Origin: an uncultured Alphaproteobacteria bacterium
GTDB taxonomy: Bacteria > Pseudomonadota > Alphaproteobacteria > Rhizobiales > Xanthobacteraceae
Reading direction: 5' to 3'
DNA: 64,000 nucleotides
NCBI GenBank assembly: GCA_963836055.1
Contig: CAWIID010000005.1
Coordinates: 17,042 to 81,041 of the forward strand
Below the pieces are notes generated by a model, which ran no database searches, was not told where the DNA came from, and saw only the letters and a program-made list of their open reading frames with translations. The translations under genes and the position numbers were made by a program. Of this stretch, positions 28,631-38,571 are shown in pieces (within the stretch, counting starts at the first letter, position 1; each line of letters opens with the position of its first letter).

Positions 28631-29059
28631 GTGGTACGGAACTTTGATCACGTCACCATCGTCGTGCGCGACGTCGCAGCGGCCAAACATTTCTTCGGCC
28701 TGCTCGGTTTCAAAGAAGTAAAGTCCGTCGTGATCTCCGGCAAGGTCATGGAGGACTATATGGGCGTCGCGGGCATCGAGGCAGATCATGTCACGTTGGC
28801 AATCGAGAACCCGCACAGCGAAGTACAACTTCTGCACTACCGCCATCCGGAGATGATCGTCGATACCAATATCGCCAAGCTCAATAAGCTCGGCTTCAAC
28901 CACGTCTGCTTTGCCGTCGACGACCTTCAAGCCGAAATCGCGAAGCTGACCGCTGCCGGCGTCAAGCTTCGTAACAAGATGATGGATTTTCACAATCGCA
29001 AGCTTGTCTTCGTCCACGGCCCCGAAGATATCACCATCGAACTTGCCGAGTGGCACTGA
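28631..29059 (+). CDS. VOC (glyoxalase/bleomycin-resistance/dioxygenase) family protein
   Basis: From a GTG start: VRNFDHVTIVVRDVAAAKHFFGLLGF...GFNHVCFAVDDL...ITIELAEW. Confidence 0.8.
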   Translation: MVRNFDHVTIVVRDVAAAKHFFGLLGFKEVKSVVISGKVMEDYMGVAGIEADHVTLAIENPHSEVQLLHYRHPEMIVDTNIAKLNKLGFNHVCFAVDDLQAEIAKLTAAGVKLRNKMMDFHNRKLVFVHGPEDITIELAEWH

Positions 29060-29084
29060 GTAGCCCACGCGACGCTATCGCGCT

Positions 29085-30689
29085 CTATCCGCCATGCTCG
29101 GCGCTCAGTGCGCGTCTCAATCTTCGAATAATGACACCGCGCGCGCGATCATCGGCTGCCGCCTCGATTTGATCGTTGATGTCGAGTATGAGTTTCGACA
29201 TGTCGTTGTGCCAATCCAGAGCAACGACCGCTTCCGGCGCCAAGCGACGCCGATGCGTCACGTCGATCGGCGTCGGCGCGGTTGTCGAAAGTTCATAAAT
29301 GTCGTCCAGAAGCGGAACGAATACCTGCGCGGCCGGGATCGTGCGTTCGGCGATGCGGGCGGACAAGCCGGACAGCGCCGGCTCTTCGCCATGGATAAGG
29401 AACACGCCTCTGCGGATGGGACGGCGTCCGGCGATCCAGCGCGCCAGTTCGGGCCCATCGGCGTGACCCGAATATTCATCGATGCTGCGAATGCGAGCGC
29501 CGACCTTGATCTCCTCACCCTGAATGCGCACTGACTTCACGCCATCGACAAGAAATCGGCCGAGCGTGCCTTGAGCTTGAAAACCGACGAGGAGAACCGT
29601 AGCGCCGCTATTCCACAGCCACCGCTTCAAATGATGCCGGATGCGGCCGGCATCGCACATACCGCTTGCTGCAATAATGATGTGAAAGCCTGAAAACCTG
29701 GCAATGGCCTTGCTTTCCTCGACGGTTTCGGTCGGATGCAGGTTCGGAGAGCTGAGCAGGTGTTCGACGTCGACGCTCCTGTCGAGGCTCGATGCGTGCG
29801 TTCGGAATACTTCTGTGGCGCGAATAGCCAGAGGCGAATCGAGGAAAATCGGCGCGGTTGGAATATGGCCATGTTCCATAAGATCGATCAGGTCCACGAT
29901 CAGTTCCTGAGTGCGTTCGACCGCGAACGCCGGAATAAGCAAGGCCCCTTTTGCCAGGAAGGCGTCGCGCACTTCGCCGGCGAGCAGTTCGCGACGTGCC
30001 GCGGCTGTGATCGACGGCCGATCCACGTCACCGTAAGTGGATTCCGAAAGCACGTAGTCGAAGCCCGTCGGCGCCTCCGGATCAGGCTGAAGTAGTTTCG
30101 CGTCCGGGCCAATGTCTCCCGAAAATAGGATGCGGAGCGGCTGGCCCGCTGAGCCTTCTCCGGCAAACTCCAGTTCTATCGATGCGGACCCCAAAAGATG
30201 ACCCGCGTTCCAGTAGCGGGCACGCACGCCCGGAATTGCGGCGAACCAGGATTCATATTCGACAGGCCTGAATGCGTGGAGCGAGGCGACCGCATCGGCC
30301 TGGGTGTAGATCGGCGAGACTGCGGCGCGCCGCCGCGCGGCGTTCCGCCGATTCAAGCCAGCGACTTCCGTTTCCTGAATGCTCCCGGCATCGGGGAGCA
30401 GGTAGGAACACAAGTCGATCGTCCCACGGGTCGCCATGATGCTCCCGCTAAAGCCCTGCCGTACGAGCTTCGGAATCAATCCGCTATGATCGACGTGTGC
30501 GTGTGTCAGCAAGACCTTGTCGATGTCGCTCGGGCGAAACGGAAAGTCGTCGTAGTTCAACGCTTTCAGCGTTTTCGGCCCTTGAAACAATCCACAGTCG
30601 ACCAGAAGGCGCCCGGTTGGGGCTTCGATATGGTAACAGGAGCCGGTCACAGTTCGCGCCGCCCCACAAAATCTGAGCTTGACGCTCAT
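29085..30689 (-). CDS. MBL-fold metallo-hydrolase with beta-CASP and RNA-specificity domains (RNase J/CPSF73-like)
   Basis: It has the HxHxDH motif (THAHVDHSG), a beta-CASP segment and a C-terminal GHAD motif. Its start overlaps the upstream stop by 4 nt. Confidence 0.85.
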   Translation of the reverse strand: MSVKLRFCGAARTVTGSCYHIEAPTGRLLVDCGLFQGPKTLKALNYDDFPFRPSDIDKVLLTHAHVDHSGLIPKLVRQGFSGSIMATRGTIDLCSYLLPDAGSIQETEVAGLNRRNAARRRAAVSPIYTQADAVASLHAFRPVEYESWFAAIPGVRARYWNAGHLLGSASIELEFAGEGSAGQPLRILFSGDIGPDAKLLQPDPEAPTGFDYVLSESTYGDVDRPSITAAARRELLAGEVRDAFLAKGALLIPAFAVERTQELIVDLIDLMEHGHIPTAPIFLDSPLAIRATEVFRTHASSLDRSVDVEHLLSSPNLHPTETVEESKAIARFSGFHIIIAASGMCDAGRIRHHLKRWLWNSGATVLLVGFQAQGTLGRFLVDGVKSVRIQGEEIKVGARIRSIDEYSGHADGPELARWIAGRRPIRRGVFLIHGEEPALSGLSARIAERTIPAAQVFVPLLDDIYELSTTAPTPIDVTHRRRLAPEAVVALDWHNDMSKLILDINDQIEAAADDRARGVIIRRLRRALSAEHGG

Positions 30690-31601
30690 GACGCGGGCTC
30701 CTCTGCGCTCATCGTTTCTCGCCGGAGCGCCGCCAGCAGTATGTCGTCGAGAAAAATGGCGTTGGTTGGATGCGGCACGCTGTTCGTTGACCGGACTGAG
30801 CGAATGCCTGCCTGCGCAAACTCGCTTATCAACTCCGGTGCAAAGAGCGCATGAGTTACGACGGCGTCCACGGTCGTTGCTCCCGCCGCAAGAAGCGCCT
30901 TCGCGCAGGCCAGCAACGTTCCTCCGGACGAAACAATATCGTCCGCCAAGACGACTGGCCGGCCGGCAAACAGGGTTTCGTCTGCAAGGTTGATTTCAAC
31001 CGAACGGTCGCCGCGGCGTGTTTTCCGCGCAACGGCGTGCGCAACGCCCAGCCGTTCAGCCAGATCGGTCACCCATGGACTCAACTCTGCATCCGGACCA
31101 ACAATCACGGTGTTCCGATCAAAGCCCCACCCGCGCAACGCATCTGCAATGGCAGACATGGCTGACAGATTGTCCGCCTCGATGCCCGGAAAGACGTCCC
31201 GAATCTTCGCGGTGCGATGCAAATGGGCGTCGACCGTGATGATGCGGTCGACCGCTGCCGCGAGCAATCGTCCGACGATCTTTTGGCTGATCGCCTCGCT
31301 CTTATGAAAGGCAGCGTCCTGGCGCATGTAACACAGATAAGGTGCGACAAGAACGAGTTCGGGTGGCGCCGGCTCGGCGCAGCGCATCGGCCGCGAACAG
31401 AATCGCAAGAAGCTTGTCGTTCGGATGGTCAAGTGCGGCGTAGATGATGGTGGTCGGCGACGCGTCGCCGACTGTTACCCGCATCTCTCCGTCCGGAAAC
31501 CAATGTATCGCAATCTCATGCAGCGGGGCGCCGAGTCGTCTTGCAAGACGCTCGGCGTCGTTGACCGCAAACGGCAGGGTTTGAATCGCCAGCGCGGTCA
31601 C
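30686..31601 (-). pseudogene. ribose-phosphate pyrophosphokinase (Prs)-family protein, frame-disrupted at GGG 31361-31363
   Basis: The N-terminal part is in ORF 31302..31601 (...LLAILFAADALRRAGA). It continues in ORF 30686..31432 (ELVLVAPYLCYMRQD...VVLADDIVSSGGTL). Deleting one base of the homopolymer restores ...RRAGATELVLVAPYLCYMRQD. Confidence 0.8.
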
Positions 31602-33175
31602 GGACCAAGGCCGATGCGTCGGGCGGATTGCTCGCCATCGATCACGTAACCTGCATTCGCCTTACTGCCGGCAACCGCCAAGTCGAATTGGGAATGATCG
31701 AAGGCGAAAATTCGATAGAGCGGTTCGCCGCTATCCACGCGGTCGCCGATTTTTTTGAACACCTTTATGCCGGCGCCCTTGTCTATCGGAGCTCCCGCCG
31801 TTCGCGCGAGACGGTTGAGCCGAAGACAATCAATGCCGGTGACGACGCCGTCCTTCGGCGCCGTCACATCGGCGGTTAGCGGGCCAATATCGGTCGCACA
31901 GATCGGCGGCCCCTGAGCCTCCATGATTTTATGCATTTGCTTCAATGCCGCACCGCTGTCGAGCAACTCGCGCGCACGCGCGTAGCCCGTTCCACCCCGC
32001 AGCAGTGGATCGTACTCCAGCAGATGAGCAGCCAAGCGAAGCGACTTTTCGCGTAGATCCCGTGGCGCGCCAGCCTCGTTCGCCAGCACCGCCATGACGT
32101 CCTGAGACTCAAGCACCGGACCGATGCCGTTGCCGATCGGCTCTCGGCCATCTGTCGTGATCACTTCCACGGATATGCCAAAGTGATCCCCAACGAACTC
32201 GAACAGCTTGCGAAGCCGCATCGCATCCATGGCGTTTCTCAATTTGGCCGTTGGCCCCACCGGGAGATCGACAACGAGGTGGGTCGATCCGGCTGCAAGC
32301 TTCTTCGACATGATCGACGCGACCATTTGCTCGCGCGTATCGAGGCTGAGTGGACGTTCCACTGAAATGAGGATGTCGTCGGCGGGCGATAAGTTCACAT
32401 GTCCGCCCCACACCAGGCAGCCACGGCATGCCGAAACGACGTCCTTGATCTCCTCGATGCCGACATCGACACGCGCCAGAACTTCCATCGTATCCGCTGT
32501 TCCCGCCGGAGACGTTATGGCCCTCGACGACGTTTTGGGAATTGTCAGCCCATGCGCTGCTACGATCGGAACCACGATCATCGACGTACGGTTACCTGGA
32601 ATGCCTCCGATGCAGTGCTTGTCGACCACGATCGGTACGTCCCATTTAAGCTGCGTGCCCGCCTCGGCCATCGCCTGAGTGAGAGCAATCATTTCGCCGC
32701 TCGTCATAAAACTGGCCGAACTAATGAGAAACGCAGCGATCTCCATGTCGGAGTAGCGGTAGTGGGTCACGTCTTGCACGATCGCAGTGATGTCTGTTCC
32801 ACTCAGTGTTCGGCCCTGGATTTTGGCGCGCACGGCATCAAGGCTGTCGGGCGAAGCGGCCGGCGCGACGCTCACCAAGCTCCCGGATGGCTCAGCGAAG
32901 CGTCGAAAAGCAGGCTCGGCAAGTCCGAGCTCATCGGGACCGACCAGACTGTCGTCGTCGGTTATGAGCAGAGTCGCCAGCAGTACCTTCGAATCTCGCC
33001 GGAGCTCGACGCGGCTGAAGCCGCGAAACACGTCGGGACGCAGCGCGCTGGAACGCCGCGAAATGACGGCGACGTTCTCGCGGCCCGTATCGAGATTGAC
33101 ACGACGGATCGCCAGTTGCGGACGCGCCGTGTTGGTGAGATCTGGATTGGCGAGATTAGTATGGGTGGGATTCAT
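31598..33175 (-). CDS. thymidine phosphorylase family protein, archaeal AMP-phosphorylase-like architecture (N-terminal extension)
   Basis: 525 aa. An ~90-aa N-terminal domain precedes the glycosyltransferase family-3 core ([36 protein letters not shown]). Confidence 0.82.
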   Translation of the reverse strand: MNPTHTNLANPDLTNTARPQLAIRRVNLDTGRENVAVISRRSSALRPDVFRGFSRVELRRDSKVLLATLLITDDDSLVGPDELGLAEPAFRRFAEPSGSLVSVAPAASPDSLDAVRAKIQGRTLSGTDITAIVQDVTHYRYSDMEIAAFLISSASFMTSGEMIALTQAMAEAGTQLKWDVPIVVDKHCIGGIPGNRTSMIVVPIVAAHGLTIPKTSSRAITSPAGTADTMEVLARVDVGIEEIKDVVSACRGCLVWGGHVNLSPADDILISVERPLSLDTREQMVASIMSKKLAAGSTHLVVDLPVGPTAKLRNAMDAMRLRKLFEFVGDHFGISVEVITTDGREPIGNGIGPVLESQDVMAVLANEAGAPRDLREKSLRLAAHLLEYDPLLRGGTGYARARELLDSGAALKQMHKIMEAQGPPICATDIGPLTADVTAPKDGVVTGIDCLRLNRLARTAGAPIDKGAGIKVFKKIGDRVDSGEPLYRIFAFDHSQFDLAVAGSKANAGYVIDGEQSARRIGLGP

Positions 33176-33419
33176 GGGCAGCGGATGGTGAGTGGGTCAG
33201 CCCAAACGATAGGGCATTGCCGCTCGGCCAAATTGACGCAGATCATAATGCACATCTGCAGGGAAGAGTCGGACAGGGCCATGCGGCACGCAAAACGCGT
33301 TGTGCAGCCGTCCTAAGGAATGATTTGATAGTCCAATGCCACGGCAAGCCGGGTCAAACAAACTCGGCTCACTGGCCGCTCGCGGTTTCACGGCCGGCCT
33401 GCGACGCGGCCACGAAACG

Positions 33420-34457
33420 TCATGCCGCTTCCCGGTCGAGCACTTGCAAGAGCTTCCGCAAGGCCTCTACCAACTCGTCATGACTGCGCTCATGGCCGGT
33501 TGGAGCCGGCGCACGCTGGAAGAAATGCGCAGGAAACGCTGGCATCTTGCGGTCGCTGCTGACGCCATCGTTAGCCGCACGTCGCCGGATCTTTTTCATC
33601 CGCGGCCGGCCGACGGTCCTGGTCAACATCGACCGCATGTATAACCCGGCGACCATCAATCCGATGACGCCAATCACAACAAGCCCTGTTGACATTTCAC
33701 CGGAAGGGGCCGCCGCCGGGACCGGACCAATGACTGATAGATCCGACGCTTTGTCGTTCCCCGCGTCATTCCCGGCCTGCGCAGACGGCGCGGAAGGCTT
33801 CTGTGCGGTGTCCTCGGGAACCGTTTCCGCAGGAGCAGTAGCGGCTGACACCGGCGGCTCAGGCCAAGCCGTAGTGTCGGCACTGGACTGCGATGGAGGC
33901 TCAGGCGATGCCGCTTTGCTGATGCTGCCTGTCGACGGCGGCTCAGGCCAGACGGTCGCATCGGAACGAATCTGTGGTGGCTCGGGCGACGCCGTTTTGC
34001 TGGTGCCAGCCGGTGACGGGGGCTGCGGCCAAGCAACGGTTTCAGCATTGGCCGGCGCCGGCGGGTCCGGCCAAGCCGCCGTTTCGGCACCCGCAGGTGC
34101 TGGCGCATCCGCTCGGGTCGCCACGCCGGCACGCGGCTTGCCGCTTGCTCGAACGCTACTTCGCGCATGTTCTGGCGTGTGCACGGGGCTGGATGCAGCC
34201 GATACGGGCGTCGCCGCTTCGGGTTGTTCCTGTGCGGCCGTTTCCGGGACCGCTTGGTCTTTCGGCCGCACATGCCAGCATTTGCGCTGCGTCGCGCGGT
34301 CTTCGTGGTAATACCAGTGGCTCCCCGCCGGCGCCGCCCCATTCGGCGCGGTGAGGCAATCATCTTCCGCGCGCGCGAAACCTGCCTTCAGGCTGACCCC
34401 CGCCAGCACCGTGACCAGCGCGGCAGCCACTGGAACCAATCCGGCCTTGGCCCTCAT
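33420..34457 (-). CDS. Pro-rich repeat protein with N-terminal signal and C-terminal TM anchor
   Basis: It starts MRAKAGLVPVAAALVTVLAGVSLKAGFARA, then CLTAPNGAAPAGSHWYYHEDRATQRKCW. It has five W-P-(D/Q/E)-P-P repeats and a late helix GLVVIGVIGLMVAGLYM. Confidence 0.6.
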   Translation of the reverse strand: MRAKAGLVPVAAALVTVLAGVSLKAGFARAEDDCLTAPNGAAPAGSHWYYHEDRATQRKCWHVRPKDQAVPETAAQEQPEAATPVSAASSPVHTPEHARSSVRASGKPRAGVATRADAPAPAGAETAAWPDPPAPANAETVAWPQPPSPAGTSKTASPEPPQIRSDATVWPEPPSTGSISKAASPEPPSQSSADTTAWPEPPVSAATAPAETVPEDTAQKPSAPSAQAGNDAGNDKASDLSVIGPVPAAAPSGEMSTGLVVIGVIGLMVAGLYMRSMLTRTVGRPRMKKIRRRAANDGVSSDRKMPAFPAHFFQRAPAPTGHERSHDELVEALRKLLQVLDREAA

Positions 34458-34701
34458 GTCCCCTCCGATACCAATGGCTCGGAAAAATTCTCCCTCGAAT
34501 TCGACCTCAATGCGTCGCGAATCCGGCAATTCCGTGTTTCCGGGTGCCTAAGCGGTATCCGAATCCCGATTCGCGCCGCCCATTGGCGCGAGAGCCCGGG
34601 CTTAAGGCTGTGCGAAGTCCCAAATAAATGTTTGCAACCTTACCATCCAACTTCTATACGTAATAATACAAGTCTAAAACATCAGTTCTAATTGTAATTC
34701 C

Positions 34702-34956
34702 ATGATTACTGCGGGCCAGCTCAGGGCTTCTCGGGCACTCCTTGGCATCGATCAACGTAAGCTCGCGGAAGCCGCAGGGCTCTCGCTGCCAACAATTCAG
34801 CGGATGGAGGCGAGCGAAGGGGTTGTACGCGGCAACGTCAATTCGCTGATGAAGCTCGTCGCCGCGCTTGATGCGTTCGGTATCGAGCTCATTTCCGACA
34901 ACGCCTCGACCCAAGCCGGTGGACGAGGCGTGCGACTTAAGAGGGCGGGGTCGTGA
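34702..34956 (+). CDS. XRE-family helix-turn-helix transcriptional regulator, first gene of the hyf-like operon
   Basis: ITAGQLRASRALLGIDQRKLAEAAGLSLPTIQRMEAS. Its stop overlaps the GTG start of the next gene (GTGA). Confidence 0.75.
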   Translation: MITAGQLRASRALLGIDQRKLAEAAGLSLPTIQRMEASEGVVRGNVNSLMKLVAALDAFGIELISDNASTQAGGRGVRLKRAGS

Positions 34957-36962
34957 CGCTCACGATTGTCCTTGTTTGCGCCGCGATCCTGCTCGCCCTG
35001 GCCCCGCTCGCCGTGGCGCTCAGCAGCTCAAGCACGGCGACGCGGGTCATCTATGGCGCCAGCATGGTCGCGTCGACGGTTTCGCTCGCAGCCGCACTGG
35101 CATACCTTCTCGGCGCATCGAGCCCTGAAAGCACCACCCTTCCGGTTGGCGTGCCCTGGCTTGGTGCGCATTTGCGCATTGACGCGCTCTCGGCCTTCTT
35201 CCTCATCGTGGTTGATCTTGGCGCCTTGAGCGCAAGCTTGTTTGCGCTCGGCTACGGCCAACATGAAACGTCGCCGGAGCGCGTGCTGCCGTTCTTTCCT
35301 GCCTTCCTCGCCGGCATGACGCTGGTCGTGCTGGCCGATGACGCCTTCACATTTCTGCTCTCCTGGGAATTCATGTCGCTGACCTCGTGGGCGATGGTGA
35401 TGTCGCATCACCGCGTGCCGGAGAATGTGCATGCCGGTTTTGTTTATCTGGTCATGGCGAGCTTCGGGACGCTCACTTTGCTGCTCGCCTTCGGCCTGCT
35501 CGCGGGACCCGATGGCCTTTATACGTTCGCGCAGATGCGCGACGCCCATCCGTCAGCGGCACTCGGCGCGCTGGCATTGATCCTCGCACTCATCGGAGCG
35601 GGTTCGAAGTCGGGTCTCGTTCCCCTGCACGCGTGGCTGCCGTTAGCGCACCCGGCCGCTCCAAGCCATGTTTCCGCCCTGATGAGCGGCGTGATGACGA
35701 AGGTCGCTGTCTACGGCTTTGTGCGCATCGTCTTCGATCTCGCGGGCAGCCCGGCGTGGTGGTGGAGCATCGTCGTGCTCGCAGTTGCCGGAGTGACGAC
35801 CGTGATGGGTGTGCTCTATGCGCTGATGCAGCACGACCTCAAGCGGCTGCTTGCCTATCACACCGTGGAGAACATCGGCATTATCTTCATCGGGCTCGGG
35901 CTTGCGCTCGCCTTCAAGGCGCACGGCATGCTGTTCCCTGCAGCGCTCGCACTGACCGCAGCGCTCCTCCACGTGTTCAACCACTCCTTGTTCAAGAGCC
36001 TCTTGTTCTTCGGCGCCGGTGCGGTGCTCACCGCAACCGGCGAGCGTGACATGGAGCACCTTGGCGGCCTCATTCATCGCATGCCGCGAACCGCATTCGT
36101 TTTTCTCGTCGGTTGCGTCGCGATCTCCGCGCTGCCGCCGCTCAACGGCTTCGTCTCCGAATGGCTGACATTCCAAGCGATCCTGCTGAGCCCGCAACTG
36201 CCGTCGTGGGGGCTTAAGCTTATGGTGCCGGCCGTCGGCGCATTATTGGCGCTTTCCGCCGCGCTGGCCGCCGCCTGCTTCGTCAAGGCCTACGGCGTAA
36301 CCTTTCTCGGCCGTCCGCGCACGCGCGCCGCCGAAGATGCTTCGGAAACCGACCAGTATTCGCTAGCCGCGATGATGCTTCTTGCATCGTTGTGCCTCGC
36401 TGCCGGAATCCTGCCCGGCCTGTTCATCGACGCGCTGGCGCCAGTCAGTTCCGCTCTGATCGGCGAGCACATGCCGGTTCAAATCGGCGCGCAATGGCTC
36501 TCCATCGTTCCGATTGCCGCCAGCCGCAGTTCCTACGACGGGCTTCTGGTATTTATGTTCATGGTCATCTCGGGCACTCTCGCGGCGTCCGCGATTCACC
36601 GCTTCGCTTCGGATCGGCTGCGCCGGGCGCCCACCTGGGACTGCGGCTATCCGGATGCTAGTCCGGCGACCCAATACTCGGCCATGAGTTTTGCGCAGCC
36701 GATCCGGCGCGTGTTCGGCACCATCGTATTTCGCGCGCGCGAGCATGCCGAGATACCGCCGCCTGGCGACACGCGGCCGGCGCGACTGACGGTGGAACTG
36801 CACGATCTTATCTGGGAGGCGATCTACGCGCCCATCGCTGTCGGCATCGGCTTTGCCGCCGACCGCCTCAATCGCCTGCAGTTTTTGACCATCCGCCAAT
36901 TCTTGACGTTGGTGTTCTGCACTCTCGTCGCTCTGCTGTTGGTGCTCGCCGCATGGTCCTGA
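34953..36962 (+). CDS. HyfB/NuoL-like proton-translocating antiporter subunit (Ehr-type complex)
   Basis: 669 aa and polytopic. It has the Mrp/NuoL motifs WEFMSLTSW and GSKSGLVPLHAWLPLAHPAAPSHVSALMSG. Confidence 0.88.
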   Translation: MTLTIVLVCAAILLALAPLAVALSSSSTATRVIYGASMVASTVSLAAALAYLLGASSPESTTLPVGVPWLGAHLRIDALSAFFLIVVDLGALSASLFALGYGQHETSPERVLPFFPAFLAGMTLVVLADDAFTFLLSWEFMSLTSWAMVMSHHRVPENVHAGFVYLVMASFGTLTLLLAFGLLAGPDGLYTFAQMRDAHPSAALGALALILALIGAGSKSGLVPLHAWLPLAHPAAPSHVSALMSGVMTKVAVYGFVRIVFDLAGSPAWWWSIVVLAVAGVTTVMGVLYALMQHDLKRLLAYHTVENIGIIFIGLGLALAFKAHGMLFPAALALTAALLHVFNHSLFKSLLFFGAGAVLTATGERDMEHLGGLIHRMPRTAFVFLVGCVAISALPPLNGFVSEWLTFQAILLSPQLPSWGLKLMVPAVGALLALSAALAAACFVKAYGVTFLGRPRTRAAEDASETDQYSLAAMMLLASLCLAAGILPGLFIDALAPVSSALIGEHMPVQIGAQWLSIVPIAASRSSYDGLLVFMFMVISGTLAASAIHRFASDRLRRAPTWDCGYPDASPATQYSAMSFAQPIRRVFGTIVFRAREHAEIPPPGDTRPARLTVELHDLIWEAIYAPIAVGIGFAADRLNRLQFLTIRQFLTLVFCTLVALLLVLAAWS

Positions 36963-37909
36963 TCCGCGATCTGGCCACTCAGGGCGCCCAGATGCTGCTG
37001 GTGCTGATCTTGGCGCCGCTGTTCACGGGTTTCGTGCGCAAGGTAAAGGCGCGTTTGTTGCGGCGGCAGGGTCCACCGCTGATCCAGCCCTATCTCGATC
37101 TCATCCGGCTCACACGCAAGGAGGTGGTGCTGGCGGAGAGCGCCTCGTGGCTGTTCCGCGTCATCCCCTATCTGATCTTCGCCGCCACTTGGGTTGCGGC
37201 GTCTCTGGTGCCGACATTCCGCACCGGGCTGTTGTTCTCGTGGTCGGCTGATCTCATTGCCATCGCGGCACTTTTGGGCAGCGGACGCTTTTTCCTGGCG
37301 CTCGCCGGAATGGATGTCGGCACGAGCTTCGGCGGCATCGGTTCAAGCCGGGAAGTGATGATCGCCTCGCTCGCCGAGCCGGCGATGCTCATGATGGTGT
37401 TCACGCTGGCGCTGATCGCCGGCTCGACCCAGCTTTCCACCATGGCCGCCTTCATGGCGTCGTCCGCGGTCGGGCTGCGCGTCTCGCTTGGGCTGGCGCT
37501 CATCGCCCTCATCATGGTGGCGATCGCCGAGAACAGCCGTATTCCGATCGACAATCCGGCGACGCATCTTGAGCTGACCATGGTGCACGAAGCGATGGTG
37601 CTCGAGTATTCGGGCCGGCATCTTGCGCTGATCGAGCTTTCGTCTTCGCTCAAGCTTATTCTTTACACCTCGCTGATCGCCTGCCTGTTCGTACCCTGGG
37701 GAATCGAGTCAGCGAGCGCAACAATGTCGACCCTGGCCGTCGGCGTTGCCGCCTACATCGGAAAGCTGGCCGTGGGCGGTTTCCTGCTCGCGCTGTTCGA
37801 GACGTCGATCGCCAAGATGCGCGTGTTTCGCGTGCCGGAATTTTTGGGCGCCGCGCTGATGCTCGGTTTGCTCGCAACTCTCTTGCGCTTCGTATCCGGG
37901 AGTTTCTGA
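36953..37909 (+). CDS. HyfC/HycD/NuoH-like membrane subunit
   Basis: 318 aa. It has the RKVKARLLRRQGPPLIQPY N-terminal motif and DNPATHLELTMVHEAMVLEYSG. Confidence 0.88.
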   Translation: MVLIRDLATQGAQMLLVLILAPLFTGFVRKVKARLLRRQGPPLIQPYLDLIRLTRKEVVLAESASWLFRVIPYLIFAATWVAASLVPTFRTGLLFSWSADLIAIAALLGSGRFFLALAGMDVGTSFGGIGSSREVMIASLAEPAMLMMVFTLALIAGSTQLSTMAAFMASSAVGLRVSLGLALIALIMVAIAENSRIPIDNPATHLELTMVHEAMVLEYSGRHLALIELSSSLKLILYTSLIACLFVPWGIESASATMSTLAVGVAAYIGKLAVGGFLLALFETSIAKMRVFRVPEFLGAALMLGLLATLLRFVSGSF

Positions 37910-38571
37910 TGACGGGGATCGATTTCGACGTCGCCCATCTGCTCGCCGGCTCGCTGGTGCTGGTCAGTTTCATGGAACTCTATCAGGACCGGCTTTATGC
38001 CCTGCTCAACATTTATGCCTTGCATGCCTTGGTGCTCGCGGCGTCGGTTGCCTGGCAGGCGTTCATCCAGGACGCGCCGCATCTCTATGTCACCGCGGCG
38101 ATCGCGCTGATCTTCAAGGCGATTATCATTCCCGTGGCGCTGCACCGGATGATTGTCCGGTTGGGTATCCATCGCGAGATCGAAAACGTGGTCGGCGTGG
38201 GCCCCGCCATGCTGGCCGGCATCGGGCTCGTTGCGTTGTCCATGGTGGTGATGTTGCGCGTAACCCAGGAAGCCGATCCGCTGGCGCGCGAGGACCTCGC
38301 TTTCGCGCTCTCGGTGGTGCTGCTCGGCCTTTTGATGATGGTGACGCGGCGCAACGCCGTGAGCCAAGTCGTAGGCTTCATGTCTCTCGAAAACGGCCTG
38401 GTCCTGGCCGCAACCGGCGCCAAGGGCATGCCGCTCGTGGTCGAGATCAGCGTCGCATTCTCCATCCTCATCGCCTTCATCGTGATCGGAATTTTTCTGT
38501 TCCGCATTCGCGAGCGCTTCGACAGCGTCGATGTGCAGGCGCTCGATCGTTTTCGCGGAGAGCGGCGATGA
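37909..38571 (+). CDS. HyfE-like (NuoK-related) membrane subunit
   Basis: 220 aa with 6-7 TM segments and the VVGFMSLENGLVLAA motif. It has ATGA overlaps at both ends. Confidence 0.8.
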   Translation: MTGIDFDVAHLLAGSLVLVSFMELYQDRLYALLNIYALHALVLAASVAWQAFIQDAPHLYVTAAIALIFKAIIIPVALHRMIVRLGIHREIENVVGVGPAMLAGIGLVALSMVVMLRVTQEADPLAREDLAFALSVVLLGLLMMVTRRNAVSQVVGFMSLENGLVLAATGAKGMPLVVEISVAFSILIAFIVIGIFLFRIRERFDSVDVQALDRFRGERR

